NCBI GenBank assembly: GCA_030262855.1
Contig: JAJSZL010000002.1
Coordinates: 1,234 to 65,233, forward strand
DNA: 64,000 nt
Direction of reading: 5' to 3'
Origin: Candidatus Desulfofervidaceae bacterium
Lineage (GTDB): Bacteria > Desulfobacterota > Desulfofervidia > Desulfofervidales > Desulfofervidaceae
The position numbers and the translations under genes are program-made. Below are positions 1-8,720 of the stretch, one piece after another. Every line of letters starts with the position of its first letter. Positions within the stretch are counted from its first letter, which is position 1. A model generated the notes under the pieces. The model saw only the letters and a program-made list of their open reading frames with translations. It had not been told where the DNA came from and did no database searches.

Positions 1-873
1 ATCTCTAAAACGGTGGAGAATAAAGTATTTCTCAAATTTTTCCTCGCTTAAATTATTTTCAGTAGCAATTTTACTCATTTCTTCGTTAGATAAACGTAAC
101 AACACATATTTACTCAAGCCATTCTCAGTAGTAATTTTTGTAAGAGAACGACAACTGGAACTGGCTATATAAACAGTAGAAACAAAATCTAAGTGTCTTA
201 AGTATTGAGCAGCAATGATGGCGGCTGTCCTTCTTCCCCCAGCCGTGTGGTGAAAACTGTAATATTCAAAAAACTTCTGCTGAAGTATCTCAGCAAACTT
301 TTCTCCCCTTTCATATAAGTCTTTTGAGATGTAACGTAGGTATTTAGCTAAATCTTCAGCCGCCGCATCAATTGGCCAGTCTATTTTGACACGAAAGTGT
401 GAAAGGGTATAACGGGTACGTTTAACCGAACTATCTTTTTGGATAAGCAAGGCAAAGTCTACAGGTAAAAGCTCTTCTATGAGGCCAAAGAAGTCACTTT
501 GTTCAAAATAACATAGATTCTTAGTGAAATCTTTGTAAAATTTAAAATCAACCAGATATTCTAAGTTTTCCTTAACTAACTTATTAGTTTCAAAAAAACG
601 AATGTAGCGTTTAGCGTAGCTAGGTAAACTCCCTTCTGCAAAAATCACCAAAAATGCATTGTGGAGGGGATATTCCTTTTCAAAGATACGAGCTCTGGGT
701 TTAAGTTCACGTTTATCAACAAAGGGATATTCTAACCCCTGGCGTAAAAAATTGAAGAGTGAATCAATTAAAGCCTTTTTGATCAAAAGACGGTCTAGCT
801 CCTCACGCAGGTATTTATAAATAAATCGCGTGATCCTTTCCTGACAGCTAATTTGTTCTAAGGATAAAACCAT
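1..873 (-). CDS. hypothetical protein, N-terminal ~291 codons only (runs off the left edge of the window)
   Basis: Absent from the ORF track because it has no stop inside the window. My own minus-strand translation from the ATG (complement of 871-873) gives an open frame MVLSLEQISCQERITRFIYKYLREELDRLL...YSFHHTAGGRRTAAIIAAQYL... down to position 1. Its start overlaps the end of the upstream DHH gene by 26 nt. No family recognised. Confidence 0.5.
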   Translation of the reverse strand, partial: MVLSLEQISCQERITRFIYKYLREELDRLLIKKALIDSLFNFLRQGLEYPFVDKRELKPRARIFEKEYPLHNAFLVIFAEGSLPSYAKRYIRFFETNKLVKENLEYLVDFKFYKDFTKNLCYFEQSDFFGLIEELLPVDFALLIQKDSSVKRTRYTLSHFRVKIDWPIDAAAEDLAKYLRYISKDLYERGEKFAEILQQKFFEYYSFHHTAGGRRTAAIIAAQYLRHLDFVSTVYIASSSCRSLTKITTENGLSKYVLLRLSNEEMSKIATENNLSEEKFEKYFILHRFRD

Positions 874-1870
874 TTTCTGACCCCGCTTTTGTAATTTGGT
901 GTAAAAGAAAAGAACGTAAATTTTCTACTGTAAAAGATGCCAACACATTTTCCAGATTGCCAAATGGAATTTCAGCCCTAGCCATTTCTTTATGTCCTCC
1001 TGCCTGTCCGATTTTACCAAAGGCTTTTTCTGCTAGGGAACCGGCATTTTTACGGTATCCATCACTGCGAAAGATAACAATAATTCTATCTTGATAAGTC
1101 CCAGCAACAATACTCCAAGAAATTTCATAGATTCTAAGAAAAAAATCGGCCAAAATTACACAGATGTCTGGATTGTCTATCTCCCCTAGAAAAACAAAAA
1201 TACGATGGTAACGCCAGCTTACCTGCATGGCGTTAAAGGCCTTTTTGAAATAGTGAATATTATCAAGACTGAGTTCAGAGGTCTCTATTTTCCGGATGAG
1301 AGTTTGGTTAATATAATTAAATAAATACCGAAAGGCCTTGATGTCCCTCTCTGTTCCCCGAAGAGCAAAGTTTTGAGTGTCGGTTTTAATTCCATAAAAA
1401 AGGGCAGTAGCTAAATAAGTAGAAGGTTTAATTTTCATTGAACGCAGGTATTCAGTCAAGAGGGTAGCAGTCGCCCCACAATCAGGCTCAATATCTACAA
1501 ATGACGTTTCAATTTTAGACTTTAAAGGGTGGTGATCAATAATAATATCAAAAGATAAACTTTCCAACTCGGGGAAATGGTGAGGTTGTGAATCTACAAT
1601 CGCTAATTTTGTATAGAAAGAAATATCTAAACCGGACAAAGGTTTTAAGGGAATTCTAAGCAATTTAATCATGGCGAGGTTATCTAGCCTTTTTGTCTCC
1701 CGAATAAAGGCAATCGTAATTGTATGCACTTTGCGTGTCAAAAGTCTCTTTAAAGCCCATGCACTAGAAATAGCATCAGGGTCAGGTGAAATAACAATTA
1801 AGAGCTTATCTTTAACATCCAAGATTGAAAGGAGATGTTCCAATTTCTCCTTAGTGGTTCTAAATGACAT
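848..1870 (-). CDS. DHH/DHHA1-family phosphoesterase (NrnA-like oligoribonuclease/pAp phosphatase)
   Basis: 340 aa with DHH-family motifs DPD (SPDPDAISS), IIIDHHP and KTDT, plus the DHHA1 GGH motif (GQAGGHKEMA). Confidence 0.8.
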   Translation of the reverse strand: MSFRTTKEKLEHLLSILDVKDKLLIVISPDPDAISSAWALKRLLTRKVHTITIAFIRETKRLDNLAMIKLLRIPLKPLSGLDISFYTKLAIVDSQPHHFPELESLSFDIIIDHHPLKSKIETSFVDIEPDCGATATLLTEYLRSMKIKPSTYLATALFYGIKTDTQNFALRGTERDIKAFRYLFNYINQTLIRKIETSELSLDNIHYFKKAFNAMQVSWRYHRIFVFLGEIDNPDICVILADFFLRIYEISWSIVAGTYQDRIIVIFRSDGYRKNAGSLAEKAFGKIGQAGGHKEMARAEIPFGNLENVLASFTVENLRSFLLHQITKAGSENGFILRTN

Positions 1871-2447
1871 GGTTTTAGGATAACGATTTTTGGCAAAAAA
1901 TCAACAGGTATTAGTTCTCTATTTTATTGAACACTTGATAATTGTTCTTTGTCTATATATTAACTTTCGCTATTCCTCACGATTTCCCCAAAATCCGCGA
2001 TTGACCTACAAGAAACCACGCAAGTGGGCTATAATAAAGCGATTTTTTAAAAAATACCTTTCATCTAAAAGGTGAAAAAACACTTACAGCGTAAGAACAA
2101 CGATAAAATAAAAAGGCTCTAAAATAAAGCAAACTGTTTTCCCAAAATCTGTGCGCCCATAAAAATGCCTTAAGTAATAAATTTGTAGAGGCCCTTTTCT
2201 TCAAGGCCCAATTTTTGAGGCCAGAAGGAAAAAGGAAAAATTGAGAGGGGATAATTCTGTTGTTCTTTCTTAATTTTTTTCATCTCAAATATCCTTTTCC
2301 AAAAAGAGGTCGCGGATTTTGGGATTTCTATCTACCTTGACCTTTCCTCTCTAAATTGTTACTCTTTGGTAAAGAGTTTGTCCCGGGACTGAGGGGGCAA
2401 AGCAAATACTCAGTCTTACCCAAGGCTTTGGGTAAAGGAAATTAGAG

Positions 2448-4244
2448 GTGAGTCCTACATATAAAAATTTAGCTATTTGGTTGATAATTACAGTATTAAT
2501 GATTCTAACTTTTAATTTTTTCAACCATCCCCAGCCACGGCATCAAACAATCAGCTATAGTGATTTTTTGGATAAAGTGGGACGCGGTGAAGTAGTAAGT
2601 GTTACTTTAAAGGGGAACCTGGTCAAAGGAACCCTCATTACCAATGAGTCGTTTCAAACTTATGTGCCTAAGGATAACCAGTTAATCCCTTTATTGCGTA
2701 AGGAAAAAGTGAGAATACGAGTAGAACCTGAAGAAGACACTCCTTGGTATATGACCGTTCTTATTTCTTGGTTTCCCATGTTATTGTTAATCGGGGTCTG
2801 GATTTTCTTCATGCGACAGATGCAAACAGGAGGAGGTAAAGCCTTTTCTTTTGGACGAAGTCGGGCAAGGTTAATTAGTAACCAAACGAAAAAAATCACT
2901 TTTAAAGATGTTGCTGGTATTGAAGAAGCCAAAGAAGAATTACAAGAAATTATAGAATTTCTAAAAAATCCCCAGAAATTTACCAAACTCGGAGGGAAAA
3001 TCCCTAAGGGTGTTCTATTGGTAGGCCCTCCTGGAACTGGGAAAACCCTCTTGGCAAAGGCGATTGCAGGTGAAGCCGATGTCCCATTTTTCAGTATCAG
3101 CGGGTCAGAATTTGTAGAGATGTTTGTTGGTGTAGGAGCCGCCCGGGTGAGGGATTTGTTTCAGCAGGCTAAAAAGTCTGCCCCCTGCATTATTTTTATC
3201 GATGAGATAGATGCCGTAGGACGTTATCGGGGAGCAGGTTTAGGTGGAGGGCATGACGAAAGAGAACAGACCTTAAACCAGCTTTTGGTAGAAATGGATG
3301 GTTTTGATGCTAGCGACGGCGTAATTTTAGTTGCGGCTACTAACCGCCCTGATGTTCTAGATCCAGCCTTATTGCGACCAGGACGTTTTGACAGGCAGGT
3401 AGTTGTGCCTATGCCGGACGTCAGGGGCAGAGAGGAAATACTAAAGGTTCACACAAAAAAGATACCTCTGGCCGAAGATGTAGATTTGGTCACAATTGCA
3501 AGAGGCACACCGGGATTTTCAGGAGCCGATTTGGCCAATCTGGTCAATGAGGCAGCTTTACTAGCCGCACGCAGAGGAAAGAGTAAAGTAGAAATGGAAG
3601 ACTTTGAAGAAGCGAAAGATAAGGTGCTTATGGGTAAGGAACGGCGGAGTATGGTTATCAGCGATGAAGAAAAGAAACTGACTGCTTACCACGAAGCTGG
3701 CCATGCCTTGGTAGCCAAACTTTTACCTGGCAGCGACCCTGTTCATAAAGTGAGCATTGTCCCCAGGGGACATGCCCTTGGTATTACTCAACAATTACCT
3801 TTGGATGAAAAACATACTTACTCTAAGAAATATCTCATGAATAGACTTGCCATTCTTCTTGGCGGTAGAGTAGCAGAAGAACTGGTCTTTAATGATTGCA
3901 CCACAGGAGCAGGTAACGATCTGGTGCAGGCAACTGAACTGGCAAGAAAGATGGTATGTAACTGGGGTATGAGTGAAACGATAGGTCCTCTTACGTTTGG
4001 GCGCCGAGAAGAACATATTTTTCTAGGAAAAGAAATTGTCCAGGCACGAGATTACAGTGAAGAAACTGCAAAGAAAATTGACGAAGAAGTCAGAAAAATA
4101 GTAGCTCAGAGTTATAATCAGGTAAAAGACTTACTTAAAAAACATATTCATTTGTTACATAATATCGCCCAGGAGCTCCTAGAAAAAGAAACAATAGACG
4201 GGGCCACTTTAGACAAATTAGTAACTGAAGGAATTAATGCGTAA
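2448..4244 (+). CDS. ftsH: ATP-dependent zinc metalloprotease FtsH
   Basis: 598 aa with a GTG start. Has an N-terminal TM pair, AAA+ Walker A GPPGTGKT, Walker B IIFIDEID, an SRH region and the zinc motif HEAGHA. Confidence 0.97.
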   Translation: MSPTYKNLAIWLIITVLMILTFNFFNHPQPRHQTISYSDFLDKVGRGEVVSVTLKGNLVKGTLITNESFQTYVPKDNQLIPLLRKEKVRIRVEPEEDTPWYMTVLISWFPMLLLIGVWIFFMRQMQTGGGKAFSFGRSRARLISNQTKKITFKDVAGIEEAKEELQEIIEFLKNPQKFTKLGGKIPKGVLLVGPPGTGKTLLAKAIAGEADVPFFSISGSEFVEMFVGVGAARVRDLFQQAKKSAPCIIFIDEIDAVGRYRGAGLGGGHDEREQTLNQLLVEMDGFDASDGVILVAATNRPDVLDPALLRPGRFDRQVVVPMPDVRGREEILKVHTKKIPLAEDVDLVTIARGTPGFSGADLANLVNEAALLAARRGKSKVEMEDFEEAKDKVLMGKERRSMVISDEEKKLTAYHEAGHALVAKLLPGSDPVHKVSIVPRGHALGITQQLPLDEKHTYSKKYLMNRLAILLGGRVAEELVFNDCTTGAGNDLVQATELARKMVCNWGMSETIGPLTFGRREEHIFLGKEIVQARDYSEETAKKIDEEVRKIVAQSYNQVKDLLKKHIHLLHNIAQELLEKETIDGATLDKLVTEGINA

Positions 4245-4313
4245 AAGAGTGGAAGCGTAAATGCGTAAGAAGGGTCAATGCTTAAAATCAACGCATATAT
4301 GCTTAACAATTAA

Positions 4314-5141
4314 ATGCAAAGCTGGGTTGAACTAGACGGAGAACGTCCTCTTTTGATGGGAATACTTAATGTTACGCCTGATTCGTTTTCTGATGGAGGG
4401 CTTTACTTCTCACCTGATAAGGCCATCGCTCACGCCAAAACCTTAGAGGAAGCAGGAGTTGATATCATTGATATTGGAGGAGAATCCTCTCGCCCTTTTT
4501 CACAACCTGTTCCTGTGGAAGAGGAGTTACGTCGTGTTATTCCTGTAATAAAGGCCATTTCTGCCGAAATTAAAATTCCTATATCCATAGATACTTATAA
4601 AGCCAAGGTTGCCCGAGAAGCAATTGAGGCAGGTGCTAAAATCGTAAATGACATTAGTGCTCTGCGTTTTGATAGAGACATGGCTAGGGTGGTGGCAGAT
4701 TATAAAACGCCAGTGGTGCTTATGCATATGAAAGGCACACCTAGGGATATGCAAATTAATCCTCATTACAAAAACGTTTTACAAGAAGTTTATGATTTTT
4801 TGGCAGAACGAATTGATTATGCTCTCAACCAGGGTATAAACGAAAACCAAATTGCCATAGACCTTGGTATTGGTTTCGGTAAACGGTTAGAAGACAATTT
4901 ACGCCTTATTAAACACCTTTCTTTTTTTAAAACCTTAAAAAAACCACTCTTGCTTGGGCCATCACGTAAGACATTTATTGGACAAATTTTAAATATTGAA
5001 ACACCAGCACAAAGAGATATTGGCACCTTGGGCGTAGTAGCCATGGCCACTTTTGAGGAAGTAGATATTATCAGAGTCCACGCAGCAAAAGAAGCAAAAC
5101 AGGTGATAAAAATAGTAAAAAGCATCATGAGCTCTGATTAG
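4314..5141 (+). CDS. folP: dihydropteroate synthase
   Basis: 275 aa with the pterin-binding signature GILNVTPDSFSDGG and IIDIGGESSRP. Sits in the conserved ftsH-folP-glmM synteny. Confidence 0.95.
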   Translation: MQSWVELDGERPLLMGILNVTPDSFSDGGLYFSPDKAIAHAKTLEEAGVDIIDIGGESSRPFSQPVPVEEELRRVIPVIKAISAEIKIPISIDTYKAKVAREAIEAGAKIVNDISALRFDRDMARVVADYKTPVVLMHMKGTPRDMQINPHYKNVLQEVYDFLAERIDYALNQGINENQIAIDLGIGFGKRLEDNLRLIKHLSFFKTLKKPLLLGPSRKTFIGQILNIETPAQRDIGTLGVVAMATFEEVDIIRVHAAKEAKQVIKIVKSIMSSD

Positions 5142-5150
5142 GGGCGAAAA

Positions 5151-6509
5151 ATGGGTAAACTTTTTGGAACCGACGGTGTAAGAGGCAAAGCCAATGTATG
5201 GCCTATGACTACAGAGATTGTAATGCAATTAGGCAGGGCTCTGGCCTATGTAATAAAAAAACGTTCCCACCGTCACAAGGTCGTTGTGGGTAAAGATACA
5301 AGGCTTTCAGGTTATATGATTGAAACGGCGCTCACGGCAGGTATTTGCAGCATGGGCGTGGATGTCTTACTTATTGGCCCATTGCCTACACCAGGAATTG
5401 CCTTTCTCACGACCAATATGCGGGCGGATGCTGGAGTAGTGATTTCAGCCTCTCATAATCCTTATGATGACAACGGCATTAAATTTTTTGGTAGAGATGG
5501 ATGCAAATTGCCTGATGAAACAGAAGCCGAGATAGAAAAATTCGTTTTAGGAGAAAATAATCAGATTGATACTATTCGGCCGGTTGCAACAGAAATTGGC
5601 AAGGCCTTTCGGATAGACGATGCCATCGGTCGGTATGTAGTGTTCTTAAAAAACACCTTTCCTAAAGGCATGCTTTTAGATGGCATTAAAATGGCCATAG
5701 ATTGTGCCCATGGAGCAGCCTACAGGGTAGCACCAACCGTCTTTTCTGAACTGGGGGCAGAGCTATCTCTAATTGGAGTAAAGCCAAATGGAGAAAATAT
5801 CAATCATAACTGTGGTGCACTTCATCCGGAAGTGGTAGCACAACAGGTAAAAACGTCAGGTGCCGATATCGGTCTGGCCCTAGATGGCGACGGTGACAGG
5901 GCCATTTTAGTTGATGAAAGGGGAAACATTGTTGATGGAGATAAAATGCTGGCTATCTGTGCAGATTACATGAAACGGCATGACCAACTTAAAAATAACA
6001 CCGTGGTGGGTACAATCATGTCTAATTTTGGTCTGGAATTATGCCTAAAGGAAAGAAATATCAAGTTATTACGCACACAGGTAGGAGACAGGTATGTAAC
6101 AGAGGCACTACGGCAGGGCTACAGTAATATCGGTGGAGAACCCTCGGGACATATTGTCTTTTTAGATCACCATACTACAGGAGATGGTATTCTTACGGCC
6201 TTACAAATATTAGCGATTATGTTGCGAGAAGGTAAACCCCTCTCAGAGCTGGCAGCTATCATGACACCAGTGCCTCAACAATTGCTAAATGTGCAAGTAA
6301 AAGAAAAACCTCCTTTGGAAAATATACCTGCTGTTAAAACTGCCGTAAAAAAGGCAAAAGATGCCCTTAACGGAAAAGGACGTATCGTCCTACGATATTC
6401 AGGCACAGAACCTGTGGCCAGAATTATGGTAGAAGGAACAAACATGAATTTGGTAGAAAAGCTGGCCGCAGATATCGCCGGAGCTATACAGACAAGTATA
6501 GGAAGTTAA
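5151..6509 (+). CDS. glmM: phosphoglucosamine mutase
   Basis: 452 aa with the active-site serine loop SASHNP, the metal loop LDGDGDR, and GEPSGH. Confidence 0.95.
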   Translation: MGKLFGTDGVRGKANVWPMTTEIVMQLGRALAYVIKKRSHRHKVVVGKDTRLSGYMIETALTAGICSMGVDVLLIGPLPTPGIAFLTTNMRADAGVVISASHNPYDDNGIKFFGRDGCKLPDETEAEIEKFVLGENNQIDTIRPVATEIGKAFRIDDAIGRYVVFLKNTFPKGMLLDGIKMAIDCAHGAAYRVAPTVFSELGAELSLIGVKPNGENINHNCGALHPEVVAQQVKTSGADIGLALDGDGDRAILVDERGNIVDGDKMLAICADYMKRHDQLKNNTVVGTIMSNFGLELCLKERNIKLLRTQVGDRYVTEALRQGYSNIGGEPSGHIVFLDHHTTGDGILTALQILAIMLREGKPLSELAAIMTPVPQQLLNVQVKEKPPLENIPAVKTAVKKAKDALNGKGRIVLRYSGTEPVARIMVEGTNMNLVEKLAADIAGAIQTSIGS

Positions 6510-6511
6510 TA

Positions 6512-7285
6512 ATGTTACTGGCTTTAGATATAGGCAATACTCACATCGTTATGGGGCTTTTTGAAGGGAAAGCCCTAAAAGCCGTTTGGCGAATCCGCAC
6601 TCAGAAAGATTTTACTGCTGATGAGCTGGCAATAAAAATCAAAAATCTGTGTGAGCTGAATAGTTATAAAATGGACTTCATTCAAGATATTGCTGTAGCT
6701 TGTGTAGTTCCCCCCTTGATGAAGGCTGTCTTAAATTTAAGTGAACGTTACTTTCACGCCCAACCACTGGTGGTAGGCCCTGGGATTAAAACAGGTCTTT
6801 CTATCCACTATGACAGTCCCAAAGAGGTAGGAGCAGATAGGATTGCTAATGCCGTTGCTGCCTATGAAAAATATCGTTGTTCTCTGATTATTGTAGATTT
6901 CGGCACTGCTATCACCTTTGAATACGTTACTGCAAAGGGAGAATACAAAGGGGGCATTATTGTCCCAGGCATACAAATAGCAGCTGAAGCCCTCTTTATT
7001 CACGCTTCTAAACTCCCCCATGTGGAAATGTTTATTAAACCTCCCCAGGTTATCAACCGCAATACCATCAGCGCCATGAATGCAGGACTAATCTACGGCT
7101 ATGCTGCTTTAACTGAAGGGCTTTTAAAACGCATTAAACAAGAAATCCCTGAACATCCCCTTGTTATTGCTACAGGAGGTTTTGCCTCTTTGATTGCCTC
7201 TGAAGTAAAGGAAATAGACAAAGTAGAAGAACACCTTGTTTTAGAAGGGTTAAGAATCCTTTATGAAAAAAATAAAAATGGTTAA
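6512..7285 (+). CDS. coaX: type III pantothenate kinase
   Basis: 257 aa with the N-terminal LALDIGNTH motif and the GADR and DFGTA motifs of the ASKHA-fold CoaX family. Confidence 0.9.
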   Translation: MLLALDIGNTHIVMGLFEGKALKAVWRIRTQKDFTADELAIKIKNLCELNSYKMDFIQDIAVACVVPPLMKAVLNLSERYFHAQPLVVGPGIKTGLSIHYDSPKEVGADRIANAVAAYEKYRCSLIIVDFGTAITFEYVTAKGEYKGGIIVPGIQIAAEALFIHASKLPHVEMFIKPPQVINRNTISAMNAGLIYGYAALTEGLLKRIKQEIPEHPLVIATGGFASLIASEVKEIDKVEEHLVLEGLRILYEKNKNG

Positions 7286-7559
7286 TCTTCTGCTTATCCG
7301 ACCAATGCAAGCTTAATTCAGCTCACCGGGTTTATTTTATCAGCAGTTTGTGATTTGTAACTAATCACCAGTTACTAATAACAGCGAAGCGAACAACACC
7401 GAATGACTACTAGGTTTACACATTCACACACATACATACTTAACGTGTGCAATTAAGTTGGGTTTATTTATAACTTATTAGTCATTTGTCACGCAATATC
7501 CAGGCAGTTTTGAACTCCCTGTATATTGACATCCTTTTATTTTTTTGTATGTTGAGTTT

Positions 7560-8720
7560 ATGCGTTTGAAGCTACTTGCCTTTCTCTTCCTCTGTTTCCT
7601 GTTGGGATGCTTACCTGGCAAAAAAATATCTCCGCCTTTAAAGCCCACCAAACACTGGCCTAAATTCACCAAGCCGGTGGACATTGAAACTTTCAACCAG
7701 GCCCTAGCCCGGAGTCTCAACTACTACTCTCGTCTACCTTCTGGCTACACCATGCGGGTAGGCACTATTCCTTATACAGTAGAAGAACTCAAAGAAAGCC
7801 TAAACCTTTTTCAATTTTGTATGCAAGAAAAAAATTTTAACGCTTGTCTCAAGGCCCATTTTGACCTTTATGAAGCCAGCGGACTCAACAAAAAAAAAGA
7901 AGTCCTTTTCACCGGTTACTATCAACCTGTGCTCTACGGCTCCTTTACCCCCACAGAGAGATATCGCTATCCTATCTACCGGCTACCTAATGAGTGGGTA
8001 GAGATTGATTTACGTCGTTTTAATGATCCCGATTTACCACCTAAAGTTCTGATAGGAATGGTTCACCGTCATGAAGTAATTCCTTTTTATACCCGAGAAG
8101 ATATAGATTTTGCCTATAAACTCCAAGGGAAAGGTTACGAACTTGTCTGGGTAGATGACCCAGTTGAACTATTTTTTCTCCATATTCAGGGGTCAGGAAT
8201 TGTTATTTTACCTGATGGGAAACAAATCTACATTCATTATGCGGCTTCTAATGGACGTCCTTATAGAAGCATTGGTCAAGTCATAAAGGCCTGGGAATCG
8301 CTAGAAAACCCTAATGGTTTGAATATTAAGCACTTCTTACGCAACCATCCTGAAAAAATGAAGAAGATATTTTCTGCCAATCCTAGTTATATCTTCTTTA
8401 AAATCGTTGACAAAGGGCCTTTGGGAGCACTAAGTGAATGTTTAACTCCCCTTTATTCTGTAGCCACAGACCCAAGTATCTTCCCTCGTGGGGCCTTATT
8501 ATTTGTTGATACAAAAATTCCTAAAGTAAATGAAAGCCAAGAACTATTAGGTTGGGAACCCTTTTCTTCCTTTGTGCTTAATCAGGATACAGGTGGTGCA
8601 ATTAAGGGACCTGGTAGAGTAGATATTTATTTTGGCACGGGGAGTAAGGCCGAAGCCCAAGCTTGTTATATGGCCCAAAGGGGCAAACTATATCTGCTGG
8701 TAAAAAAGAAAAATGACTGA
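7560..8720 (+). CDS. mltA: membrane-bound lytic murein transglycosylase A (lipoprotein)
   Basis: Lipoprotein-type signal (FLLGC). MltA-like domain order with a C-terminal 3D-domain signature DTGGAIKGPGRVDIYFG. The ORF track starts at TTG 7545; I prefer ATG 7560, so the start is uncertain. Confidence 0.8.
   Translation: MRLKLLAFLFLCFLLGCLPGKKISPPLKPTKHWPKFTKPVDIETFNQALARSLNYYSRLPSGYTMRVGTIPYTVEELKESLNLFQFCMQEKNFNACLKAHFDLYEASGLNKKKEVLFTGYYQPVLYGSFTPTERYRYPIYRLPNEWVEIDLRRFNDPDLPPKVLIGMVHRHEVIPFYTREDIDFAYKLQGKGYELVWVDDPVELFFLHIQGSGIVILPDGKQIYIHYAASNGRPYRSIGQVIKAWESLENPNGLNIKHFLRNHPEKMKKIFSANPSYIFFKIVDKGPLGALSECLTPLYSVATDPSIFPRGALLFVDTKIPKVNESQELLGWEPFSSFVLNQDTGGAIKGPGRVDIYFGTGSKAEAQACYMAQRGKLYLLVKKKND

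Noticed and set aside
1671-2075. Track ORFs 1671-1883 (+) and 1890-2075 (+) in or next to the DHH gene and the long spacer.
   Set aside because: The first lies antisense within the DHH phosphoesterase gene. The second is low-complexity, basic, has no RBS and overlaps the repeat box. Both are treated as non-coding.
1975-2335. The mirror-image boxes as terminal inverted repeats of a ~340-bp MITE.
   Set aside because: There is no target-site duplication, no other copy in the window, and a third direct-orientation partial copy lies inside. This cannot be supported without a genome-wide search.
2660-4016. Antisense ORFs inside ftsH (2660-2986, 3795-4016). Similar antisense or out-of-frame ORFs lie inside folP, coaX, glnE, pilC, pilB, pilQ, alaS, the TCA-operon genes and others throughout the track.
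   Set aside because: Each lies wholly within a longer ORF that has strong family motifs. Their compositions are typical of reverse-frame translation and no RBS is evident.
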